NCBI GenBank assembly: GCA_964532255.1
Contig: CAZHGR010000002.1
Location: forward strand, 6,374 to 70,373
DNA length: 64,000 nt
DNA from: an uncultured Sphingobium sp.
GTDB lineage: Bacteria > Pseudomonadota > Alphaproteobacteria > Sphingomonadales > Sphingomonadaceae
Reading direction: 5' to 3'
A program made the translations under genes and the position numbers. Below, one piece after another: positions 19,140-27,753 of this stretch; the stretch's first letter is position 1; each line of letters starts with the position of its first letter. The notes below the pieces were generated by a model. That model was not told the origin of the DNA and searched no databases. It worked only from the letters and a program-made list of their open reading frames with translations.

Positions 19140-20312
19140 ATGATGAACAGCAAGATTAACACAGCTGGACCTCATGTCCTGATTATCGCTCATGACCTGT
19201 CGGTCACTGGTGGCGTTAACAATTTCCTTCGCATCATGCGTCGACGAATCCGCGGCAGGGTGGTGTCAACGCGCTTCGTTAATGGTCGCCGGAAAGATGA
19301 AAAAGGGCGCATTCAAGCGATTTTCCGTATCCTTAGCGACTATGTTCGATTTGTAGCGGTGATCCGCCGTAGGCCATATGATATCCTCCACATCAACCCG
19401 TCTCTAGATTTTTCATCCATGCCGCGTGAACTGGTTTTTGTGTGGCTTTCCCGCCTTTTCAGTCCGCGAACGAAGATCATCATCTTTTACCGAGGGTGGG
19501 ACTGGTCGGCAGTCGATCGACTTAGATCAAGCCGCTTTGCACGGGCCGTATTTGCTGTGACGCAAAGAAGGTCGAGTCGTATCTTAGTTCTGGCTGAGAG
19601 TTTTCGCAATGCATTGCTGGAACTTGGCTCAGGAGACGTGCCGATCCGGCTTATGACTACGATGTTCGAGGGCGAGACGCTGTCCCCCGTGCTTGCCAGA
19701 AATCCCTTACGTAAGGACAGGCAAATGTTGTTCCTGTCCCGGTTCATCCCCGCGAAGCGCGGTGATTCCGTGCTCAACGCCACAGCAAAGCTGAGTCGCG
19801 ATTATCCTGACCTGCGGCTTATTATGGCCGGCGACGGACCCGAACGGCCGACTCTTGAACGGATGGCGGAACAACTGGGGATTTCTGACCGTGTCACGTT
19901 CACCGGGCATATCGGGGGCACAGACAAGATGCAGTTGCTAGCGGAGTCTGCACTATTTCTCCTGCCGACTGAGCATCCAGAAGGAATGCCCAATGCCATT
20001 CTGGAAGCGATGGCAGCAGGCGAGGTCATTATCACCACGCCGGTTGGCGGCATCCCCAGCATCGTGCAGGACGAGGTTAACGGGACGATCCTTCACGCGA
20101 CCGATGCTGACAGCCTTTCGGCAGCCATCGCGCCGTATCTTGAGGATACGGCACGTAGCCGAGCGGTAGGTGCCCACAACAGGGATTTGGCTTGGAAGAC
20201 GTGGGAATCGGACATCGTGTCCAATCGGATCGCCGATGAGTATCTGACGCTGATGGCAGGCGATACTGCCACGCCGCCGAATCAGTACCGTACTGGAGCT
20301 ATTGCGGGATGA
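19140..20312 (+). CDS. Glycosyltransferase family 4 (GT-B)
   Basis: GGV N-terminal loop, FLSRFIPAK, MAGDGPER, FTGHI, EGMPNAILEAMAAG (E-x7-E), TPVGGIPSIV; visibly lower GC than flanking core genes. Confidence 0.88.
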   Translation: MMNSKINTAGPHVLIIAHDLSVTGGVNNFLRIMRRRIRGRVVSTRFVNGRRKDEKGRIQAIFRILSDYVRFVAVIRRRPYDILHINPSLDFSSMPRELVFVWLSRLFSPRTKIIIFYRGWDWSAVDRLRSSRFARAVFAVTQRRSSRILVLAESFRNALLELGSGDVPIRLMTTMFEGETLSPVLARNPLRKDRQMLFLSRFIPAKRGDSVLNATAKLSRDYPDLRLIMAGDGPERPTLERMAEQLGISDRVTFTGHIGGTDKMQLLAESALFLLPTEHPEGMPNAILEAMAAGEVIITTPVGGIPSIVQDEVNGTILHATDADSLSAAIAPYLEDTARSRAVGAHNRDLAWKTWESDIVSNRIADEYLTLMAGDTATPPNQYRTGAIAG

Positions 20313-21331
20313 CCGACATTGCAAAGGCCGTAACTCTGCCGAAACCAGTGGTTGTCGTAGGACAACCTAGAAGTGGATCGACATTGATTACGCGCATTCT
20401 GAATGAGAACGTGGGGTTGTTTGTAATCAACGACTTTTACGTTCTACAAAAGATCGACGCTTCCGATCTTTGGGGTGAACTGTCACCTAAGCAGATGCGC
20501 CAGGTCGCTCAGTGGATTTTCGACAAAATTGAGACCCGCGCTACTCAGGAAGTCGGTAAGACGCTGTCACAATCCATCGACCTTGACGCCACACAGGTCG
20601 AAGTGCTTCGCGCACGCGTTACGGCTCCGTTCCCGGACGGCTCCCGCTGGTCCGACGTTCTGGCTATCATGATGTCTTTGGGGGCAACGCTGGCGGGCTG
20701 CACGCGCTGGGGGTACAACACGCCGCAGGATCATCTGCACCTCGGCCGGCTGTTCGACGCGTTTCCTGACCTTCAGGTCATCTTTCAGCTGCGCGATCCA
20801 GCAGCAGTGCTGCGGTCTTACAAGAATGTGTCGGGGCGGCACCATGATGCGGCCCGCTACAACCCTATCGCTATCGGGCTTGCGTGGCGGACGGCCTCAG
20901 AAAACTTTAGTCGGTGGCACGATGTAAGGCCCGGCCAGATACTGTTCGTACGATACGAGGATATCGTCGCGACTACCTTCGACGAGTTGAGCCGCATTGG
21001 AGTGTTTTTGAACGTCTCTTTCCCTAACATTAATCTGCGCAATTTTGGTAGGAATTCGTCTTTCGAGAGCAGCCGCAGGGAGCGGCGCGTTACCGGGAGC
21101 GAGCTTTGGTTGTGCGAGCGCATGATCGGGAAGGAACTGAAGATTAGAGGCTTCATCGAGGGAAAACATCGTCCCGACATCTCTGATCTACCGGAGATAG
21201 CCCGTGTTGCATCGCGTTCGACCGCTTTCTTTTTCAATCAGATGATGAAGCCCGAAAGGCGCAAGCGGATTTTGCGACTGCTTGCTCACTTTGCGGGCAG
21301 GACGCCAAACCCCGAATCGGCCAGGGGCTGA
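20309..21331 (+). CDS. PAPS-dependent sulfotransferase
   Basis: 5'PSB loop VVGQPRSGSTL, 3'PB motif QLRDPAAVLRSY, and VRYEDIV; start overlaps the GT stop (ATGA). Confidence 0.85.
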   Translation: MTDIAKAVTLPKPVVVVGQPRSGSTLITRILNENVGLFVINDFYVLQKIDASDLWGELSPKQMRQVAQWIFDKIETRATQEVGKTLSQSIDLDATQVEVLRARVTAPFPDGSRWSDVLAIMMSLGATLAGCTRWGYNTPQDHLHLGRLFDAFPDLQVIFQLRDPAAVLRSYKNVSGRHHDAARYNPIAIGLAWRTASENFSRWHDVRPGQILFVRYEDIVATTFDELSRIGVFLNVSFPNINLRNFGRNSSFESSRRERRVTGSELWLCERMIGKELKIRGFIEGKHRPDISDLPEIARVASRSTAFFFNQMMKPERRKRILRLLAHFAGRTPNPESARG

Positions 21332-22579
21332 CCTGCCACGGGTAATTTCCTCCAGTTGCGATTAGAGTCCGGCCCTCACGAGGACGGACGAGATGAAGCG
21401 CAAGAGGTTTATGGAAGAGCAGATCATCGGCGTGTTGAAGGAGGCGGAGGCCGGCGCGAAGACCGGCGACCTGGCCCGGCGGCACGGGATATCCGAGGCG
21501 ACGATCTACAACTGGAAGGCCAAGTATGGCGGCTTGGAAGGGTAGGAGGCGAAGCGGCTGCGTTCGCTTGAGGACGAGAACGCGAAGCTGAAGCGCCTTC
21601 TGGCGGATGCCATGCTGGACAACGCGGCGCTGAAGGACCTTCTCACAAAAAAATGGTGACGCCCGTCGCACATCGGGAAGCGGTTGCTCATCTCCGGGAT
21701 CATCACGGGATGAGCGAGCGGCGGGCGTGCCGTGTGATAGATGCTGATCGCAAGAGCGTTCGCTACCAGTCCCGGCGGTGGCCGGAGATGGAGTTGCGCG
21801 CCCGCCTGCGCGAGCTTGCCAACGAGCGCCGCCGGTTCGGTTATCGCCGGCTGCACATCCTGCTGCGGCGGGAAGGAGAGCCTTCGGGCATCAACCGTAT
21901 CTACCGGCTCTATCGAGAGGAAGGTCTTGGCGTTCGCAAGCGTCGGGCACGGCGCAGGGCGGTTGGCACACGGGCTCCGATCCTTGTGGAAGAGCGGCCC
22001 AATGCGCGCTGGAGCCTGGACTTCGTCCACGACCAGTTCGCCTGCGGCCGGCGGTTCCGCGTGCTCAACATCGTCGACGACGTGACCAGGGAATGTCTCG
22101 CCGCGATCCCCGACACGTCGATCTCGGGCCGCCGAGTAGCGCGCGAGCTGACCGACATCATCGCAAGGCGCGGCAAGCCGGGGCTGATCGTCAGTGACAA
22201 AGGCACCGAGTTCACGGCGAACGCGATCCTGGCATAGTGCAAGGATCACGAGATCGAGCGGCATTACATCGCGCCCGGCAAGCCGATGCAGAACGGCTAT
22301 GTGGAATCCTTCAATGGGCGGATGCGGGACGAGCTATTGAACGAGACGCTGTTCCACGGCCTCGACCATGCCCGTGCCGTGATCCGGGAGTGGGCGGAGG
22401 ATTACAACACCTGCCGCCCGCACTCCTCGATCGGATACCAGACCCCGGCCAGCTACCCGGACACGATTTTTGCAATGGGGTCAGGCATGCCTGACCCCAT
22501 TGCAAACAAGGCGCCGGAGGGCATAACCACAACCGCCGCGGCTCCAATCAGAGCTGGATGAAAATCCCGTGGCAGGTCA
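21329..22579 (+). mobile_element. IS3-family element (full length, inactivated)
   Basis: Terminal IRs TGACCTGCCACGGG / CCCGTGGCAGGTCA (TG...CA). orfA at 21393-21659, A7 slippery site at 21647-21653, orfB at 21653-22561 with DDE motifs WSLDF, VSDKGTEF and [10 protein letters not shown]. Confidence 0.92.
21393..22561 (+). pseudogene. IS3 transposase orfA/orfB with two premature amber stops
   Basis: TAG at 21543-21545 in orfA (GGLEG*EAKRL) and TAG at 22235-22237 in orfB (AILA*CKDH). Confidence 0.88.
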
Positions 22580-23076
22580 GTCGAAACTTGGGCCAAGACC
22601 AACATGGTGCCGCTGCGGGGTGGAGCACCGATCGGCCAGCGGCTCAAAGCCAAGGTGCCTTATGGCCACTGGAAGACGATGACCTTCATTGCTACCCTGC
22701 GCTGCGACGGAATCGACGCGCCGTTCGTGTTCAATCAGCCAATCAATGGCGCAAGCTTTACCCAGCGCGTCGAGGAGCAACTCTGCCCGACGCTGGGGCA
22801 AAGCGACATCGTCATTCTCGACCATCTGTCCCGCCACAAAACGCCCATTGTCAGGCCGCGACCCGGGCCAGAGGCGCAGGGCTTCTGTTCCTTCCGCCCT
22901 ACAGTCCTGATCTCAACCCGATCGAACAGGTCTTTGCCAAGCTCAAGCATCTCCTGCGAAAGGCCGCTGAACGAACTCAAGAAAACAGATGGCGGCGCAT
23001 CGGCAGCTTGCTCGATAACTTCCCTGCCGCCGAGTGCGCAAACTACCTCAGAAACTCTGGATACGCGTCAATCTAA
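22580..23076 (+). pseudogene. IS630 transposase DDE C-terminal fragment (frameshifted)
   Basis: ETWAKTNM..GHWKTMTFIATLR..VILDHLSRHK then FLPPYSPDLNPIEQVFAKLKH..ECANYLRNSGY in another frame. Confidence 0.85.
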
Positions 23077-23144
23077 TGTCATCCGTCTCTGGTGGACAAT
23101 ATTTCGCGGTTCAGGCCGATGCCGCCTGAAACCGTCAGGGTCTA

Positions 23145-23771
23145 TCACCGCAGCGCTGCGACGCTCAGCCCCCAGAGCGTGAACTCCGGCTCAACCGAGG
23201 CTGCGGCGGGCGCGGCGGACGCCGGAGCACTCGCGCCATCCCCAGACGTCGGGCGCGCAGGTCCCCTGTAGAAAATGTGTCGGCCAATCTTGCCGACACG
23301 CGTCAATGCCCTGCCCCAGACCGGGGACACATAGTCAGCGTGATAATGAGTCGCTCCGCCGACATGGTCCCGCAGCCTGCGGCCGAGCGCATCCTCCGCC
23401 ACGGCGCGGGCACCCAGCCAGCGGCCTGGCTCCGGCCGCCGCGCCAGTGCGCCATTGCAAGTGAAGGTGAACTGGCAGCCGGTGCGGCGCGTCGATCCCT
23501 GGAACACCACGCCGCAGATGGTGTCGGGATAGCGCGGGTCAGCGACGCGGTTGAGCACCACCTGAGCGACCGCCTCCTGCCCCGCGCGCGGCTCGGTGCC
23601 GGCCTCATAATAGATCGCGGCGGCCAGGCACCCCAAATCGCCGGTCGCCCGCACGTCGAGCCATGTCGGCTCGGTGAGCGCGGCGCTGCTGCCCGGCGCG
23701 CCCACAAGGGCGAGACAGAATGTCGCGGCAAGCGCACAGAAGTGAAAGTGGGACACTATTAGGAAGGCCAT
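23145..23771 (-). CDS. SleB/Hydrolase_2 family cell wall hydrolase
   Basis: CLAAAIYYEA (catalytic Glu), AVAQVVLNRV, CQFTFTC, ATHYHADYV.P.W, IGRHIFY; N-terminal hydrophobic signal. Start codon uncertain. Confidence 0.85.
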   Translation of the reverse strand: MAFLIVSHFHFCALAATFCLALVGAPGSSAALTEPTWLDVRATGDLGCLAAAIYYEAGTEPRAGQEAVAQVVLNRVADPRYPDTICGVVFQGSTRRTGCQFTFTCNGALARRPEPGRWLGARAVAEDALGRRLRDHVGGATHYHADYVSPVWGRALTRVGKIGRHIFYRGPARPTSGDGASAPASAAPAAASVEPEFTLWGLSVAALR

Positions 23772-23773
23772 CC

Positions 23774-23808
23774 AAAAAAAACGGGCCCGGCATAATAACC
23801 GGACCCGT
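23774..23808 (-). terminator. Rho-independent terminator of the DING/PstS-like gene
   Basis: Minus strand ACGGGTCCGG-TTATTATG-CCGGGCCCGT followed by a T run. Confidence 0.85.
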
Positions 23809-23836
23809 CCTTTAAGTATCAAACCGTCAGATGCGG

Positions 23837-25570
23837 TTACGCACCGACTTTGCCGGCGCAAACAGGCGAAACACCAAACTTACCAACAGTACCCATCTGC
23901 AGGTTGAGACCGTCAGCATTATTGTAGAAGGTCCGCTTGATCGCAGTGCGCCATGCCTTAGGCAGCGGCGAGAGACCCGAGGACGCGATGATGCCGGTCT
24001 TCGTATCCGTGTACAGCTTCAGTTGGTTGTAGTTGTATACGAAATCCGCCAACGGAACACGCTGGGAGTTAGACTTGTAGCAGGTGTAGGTCAGCAGGTT
24101 TGACGTGCCGACGATCGGGTAAATCAGGTCGGTGGTCGCAACCGCCGCCGGGTTCGCGAGCGGAACCAGCTTGCTCGCACCCTGGACCCAGGCAGCCGGA
24201 TCGCTGCGCAGACCGTTGGCGATATTGCCGGCTACATAGTTACCGGCAGCGTCGCTCTGCGGCGGCAGGATCGCAGCAAAGGCGTTAAACGCGTTCGCCG
24301 CAGTAGGCATGCGGAACTTCACACCGTTGCCGATATTGACTGCGAGAGCGGCAGCGTGAAGTTCATAGGTGTTGGCCTGTGTCGACAGAACGGCGGGCAG
24401 AAGGAAGTCGGGACCGTTGTAGCCCATGCGACCCTGGACGAGCGTGTCGCCAGCGTTCGGGCCGGGATCCTGCGTGAAGTCGACATACTGAGCGACCCCT
24501 TCGTTGCCTGGAGCGGTCGTGAACTTGCCGAGCGCTTCACCAGCGACCGGGGTGTTCGGGTTGGAAGGATTGTAGACCGCGCCACTACGCAGAGCGGCGG
24601 GAAGCGTCGAGGTCGAGTCGTTGTATTGATTCCCGACGAGGCTGCCGCAAACGGCGGCAAGGTGACGTGTGAACAGCGAGGTCGTGCCCGAGCTGTCCGA
24701 ACGGCCCACGATCTGAAGCGGGACGCTAAACGAACCAGAGTCGGCTGGGTCCTGCAACTTAAAGTTGCTGTTCAGCACCTTCAGAGCCGGATCGTTCCAG
24801 TTAGTGATCTGGCCATTGAAGATCTTGCACATCACGTCCTGGTCAAGACGCAGGCCGCCGACGACGATCGAGTTGCCCGTGGTCGGGTCGAGCGCGCTAA
24901 CCGGCTTCGCTATGCGTAGCTTACGTTCGGTAATCGAACCATCCGCGTTCCGAATTTTCTTGTAGACCGGGTCATATGAAATGGCAACCGGCGCGATCAG
25001 CAGCGGGATCTGGATCATCGGACCGGCGAGATCGTTGGGGTTGTCCCACACGCCGCCGGGGTTATTCACACCCTTAATCGACTGGCCCTGGATCGTGCCG
25101 CCGTTGATATAGATACCAACGTCACTCGAACCCAGCGAGGTCTCAGAGACGCTGAAGCTGTGAACCGTTCCAAGCTGAACTCCGGGGGTCACTGCGTCAA
25201 TGTCGCTCGCAAAGGTCGGGCTATGGGTGAAGAAACCCCGGATGCCGTCGCCCGAACCGGTCGAGACATAGCTCAACAAAGAGTTTGGTGCGATGATATC
25301 GACGGCGCAGTCGAAATCGTCGGCCGGGTTAGTTGTCGATACATAGTTGAAGTCGTTGATCGTGGTCGCGATCGGCGCGTCGGCGACGACGGTGTTCTTC
25401 GTGATCAGGTCCTTCTTGACGCCGAAGCAGTCGAAGGCCGCACGGACATAGGGGGCGGGAAGCGAGGCGCCGTTGCCCCACGCGGTCGACGTCTGAGCAA
25501 AGCTCGGCGTCGCGACGACGGTGCTGGCGATGATCGCCGAAGCCGCCAGCAGATTGAACTTGATCTTCAT
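23837..25570 (-). CDS. Secreted DING/PstS-family phosphate-binding-like protein (577 aa)
   Basis: RBS GGAG then MKIKFNLLAASAII..SFA/Q signal peptide. PBP motifs GNGASLPAPY, YVSTGSGDG, GRSDSSGTT and YPIVG. DING-type Cys positions MCKIF, AVCG, TCY and VCAGK. Confidence 0.82.
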   Translation of the reverse strand: MKIKFNLLAASAIIASTVVATPSFAQTSTAWGNGASLPAPYVRAAFDCFGVKKDLITKNTVVADAPIATTINDFNYVSTTNPADDFDCAVDIIAPNSLLSYVSTGSGDGIRGFFTHSPTFASDIDAVTPGVQLGTVHSFSVSETSLGSSDVGIYINGGTIQGQSIKGVNNPGGVWDNPNDLAGPMIQIPLLIAPVAISYDPVYKKIRNADGSITERKLRIAKPVSALDPTTGNSIVVGGLRLDQDVMCKIFNGQITNWNDPALKVLNSNFKLQDPADSGSFSVPLQIVGRSDSSGTTSLFTRHLAAVCGSLVGNQYNDSTSTLPAALRSGAVYNPSNPNTPVAGEALGKFTTAPGNEGVAQYVDFTQDPGPNAGDTLVQGRMGYNGPDFLLPAVLSTQANTYELHAAALAVNIGNGVKFRMPTAANAFNAFAAILPPQSDAAGNYVAGNIANGLRSDPAAWVQGASKLVPLANPAAVATTDLIYPIVGTSNLLTYTCYKSNSQRVPLADFVYNYNQLKLYTDTKTGIIASSGLSPLPKAWRTAIKRTFYNNADGLNLQMGTVGKFGVSPVCAGKVGA

Positions 25571-25834
25571 GGAATAACTCCCGTTAATGAATGGACGTAA
25601 GACATCGCGTCGCGGGCCAAGCAGTGCTGAAGCACGAACCCGAGAAAAGCCGATAAAGACAACAAACATCATCCCGACAGCTACTGCCATCGAGCGGATT
25701 TTTGTTGATAGACAGAGTGATAAGCAGGAACTACGGTTCTTTGAACGTAGCCCCGGACCTAGCAGTGTATGCCTACTTCTTCCTCCTGGACCGCGACTCC
25801 CCTGTATCGGGCACGTGAGACCTAGAGGCGCTGG

Positions 25835-25863
25835 GTGGCAGTTTGATGACGACAGTGTTTCAA
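25835..25863 (-). promoter_or_regulatory. Putative PhoB (Pho) box upstream of the DING/PstS-like gene
   Basis: Minus strand TTGAAAC-ACTG-TCGTCAT-CAAA-CTGCCAC: three half-sites at 11-bp pitch resembling CTGTCAT-N4-CTGTCAC. Confidence 0.6.
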
Positions 25864-26038
25864 AGCTTAATCCGCGATGAAAATTTCCTGAGCGAAGATC
25901 GGGGCACGATGAAAAAAATTCCTTTATTCAACAATGCCTTGATCGGTGACAAGCCATTTCTGTCCCGAAACGAAGCGTTTCATGCTGGCGCGTGGGCATA
26001 TTTTCCGTCATCCTCTCCTGCCCGGTCGGTTGAATGCC

Positions 26039-27751
26039 ATGCGCGCCGCCCCCTCTGACTCGGCTACTCTCGCTGCGCCCGGTACGTCCGACGAGGCGCT
26101 GTTGCGCATTGTCGAATCGGCGGGGCTCATCCCGGCCGAGACTCTCGCTCGCGCACGCACGGTGCGCGACGAAACCGGGGAGCGGATCGATGCGATCCTC
26201 ACCCGCCTGGGCATGCTCTCCGAACAGAAGCTGGCAGAGGCGCTTGCACATGCCACCGCACTTCCGATCGCGGCGCGCGACTCCCTGCCCACGCAGGCGC
26301 TCGACCTCGCGGATCTGTCACCGCGCTATCTCCGCGAGGCACGGCTGCTGCCCTTCCGCCGCGGCGACGGCACGCTGGCGCTGGCCATGGCCGATCCGCT
26401 CGACGGGGATTCCCGCGCGGCGGTGGAGATGGCGATCGGTGCGACCGCCCAGCCCGTCGTCGCCACCGCGACCGACATCGAAGCGGCCATCGACCGCTGC
26501 TACGGTGTGCAGGCGGAGAGCGCGACCGACGGCGACGACGAGGCGGACGACGCCGATCTCGACCGGCTCAAGGACCTGGCGTCGGACGCGCCCGCGATCC
26601 GCGCCGTCAACCGGCTGATCACCCGCGCCGTCGAAACGCGGGCGTCGGACATCCATCTGGAACCGACCGAGGATTCGGTCGTGGCGCGGCTCCGCATCGA
26701 CGGCGTACTGCGCGAACTCGACCCGCTGCCCGGCGCCATGAAGGCCTCGCTCGTCTCGCGCATCAAGATCATGGCCAATCTCAACATCGCCGAACGGCGC
26801 CTGCCGCAGGACGGGCGGATGCGCTTCACCGTCCGGGGCCAGGACATCGACCTGCGCGTCGCCACCTCGCCCACGATCAACGGCGAGTCGGTCGTGATGC
26901 GCCTGCTCGACCGGTCGCATCTCAAGCTGAGCTTCGACGCGCTGGGCTTCGATGACGAGCTGACCGCGCGGCTGCGCCATGCGCTCGCCAGTCCGCACGG
27001 CATCATGCTGGTGACCGGGCCGACCGGCAGCGGCAAGACGACGACTCTTTATACGGCGCTCTCCGAACTCAACACCACCGAACGCAAGCTGCTGACGGTC
27101 GAGGACCCCATCGAGTACCGGCTGCCCGGCGTCTGCCAGACGCAGATCGCGCCGGCGATCGGCCTGGACTTCGCGGCTGCGCTGCGGTCGTTCCTTCGCC
27201 AGGACCCCGACGTCATCATGGTGGGCGAGATCCGCGACCTTGAGACAGCGCAGGTCGCGGTGCAGGCGGCGCTTACCGGCCACCTCATCCTCTCGACGCT
27301 CCATACCAACACGGCCGCCAGCGCGGTCACCCGCCTGCTCGACATGGGCGTCGAACCGTTCCTGATCACCTCGACGGTCAACGCCGTTCTGGCCCAGCGG
27401 CTGGTCCGGCTGCTCTGTCCGTCCTGCCGCACGTCCTATGAACCCCCGGACGAAGTGCTGGAGGAAGTGGCGGGCGCGGAGGCGCATCGGCTCGGCATCC
27501 GCCAGCTTTATCATGCGGTCGGCTGCACCGAATGCGGCGGCTCGGGCTATCGCGGCCGCATCGCGCTTCTGGAGCTGATCGTCGTCGACGACACCATTGC
27601 GCGGCTCGCGCTCGAACGTGCGGAAGCGCGCGAGATCGAGGCGGCAGCGCGCGCGGCGGGCATGCGGTCGATGGCGGTCGACGGGCTGATGAAGGCAGCG
27701 GCGGGCCTGACCACCCCCGAGGAAGTGCTGCGCGTGATCAGGGAAGGCTAG
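26039..27751 (+). CDS. gspE: Type II secretion ATPase GspE
   Basis: ASDIHLEP, RRLPQDGR, Walker A GPTGSGKTTT, TVEDPIEY, LRQDPDVIMVGEIRD, LTGHLILSTLHTN and CxxC..CxxC zinc motif. Confidence 0.93.
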   Translation: MRAAPSDSATLAAPGTSDEALLRIVESAGLIPAETLARARTVRDETGERIDAILTRLGMLSEQKLAEALAHATALPIAARDSLPTQALDLADLSPRYLREARLLPFRRGDGTLALAMADPLDGDSRAAVEMAIGATAQPVVATATDIEAAIDRCYGVQAESATDGDDEADDADLDRLKDLASDAPAIRAVNRLITRAVETRASDIHLEPTEDSVVARLRIDGVLRELDPLPGAMKASLVSRIKIMANLNIAERRLPQDGRMRFTVRGQDIDLRVATSPTINGESVVMRLLDRSHLKLSFDALGFDDELTARLRHALASPHGIMLVTGPTGSGKTTTLYTALSELNTTERKLLTVEDPIEYRLPGVCQTQIAPAIGLDFAAALRSFLRQDPDVIMVGEIRDLETAQVAVQAALTGHLILSTLHTNTAASAVTRLLDMGVEPFLITSTVNAVLAQRLVRLLCPSCRTSYEPPDEVLEEVAGAEAHRLGIRQLYHAVGCTECGGSGYRGRIALLELIVVDDTIARLALERAEAREIEAAARAAGMRSMAVDGLMKAAAGLTTPEEVLRVIREG

Positions 27752-27753
27752 CC

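Larger units (their letters stand above)
17823..23091 (+). mobile_element. IS630-family element split by a 4.3-kb nested insertion
   Basis: Left end TAGAGCGGGATGACATTAGATTGA (17823) and right end TCAATCTAATGTCATCCGTCTCTG (to 23091) are imperfect inverted repeats. The transposase N-terminal part is at 17918 and the DDE part at 22580-23076. Confidence 0.85.

Noticed and set aside
21543-22237. Two in-frame TAG codons in the IS3 transposase as possible amber recoding
   Set aside because: TAG is used as a normal stop elsewhere (e.g. gspE). Both arise by single substitutions (TCG/TGG to TAG), consistent with pseudogene decay.
25571-25690. 40-codon N-terminal extension of the DING-like ORF
   Set aside because: A good RBS and classic signal peptide start at 25570, so the extension is probably untranslated leader.
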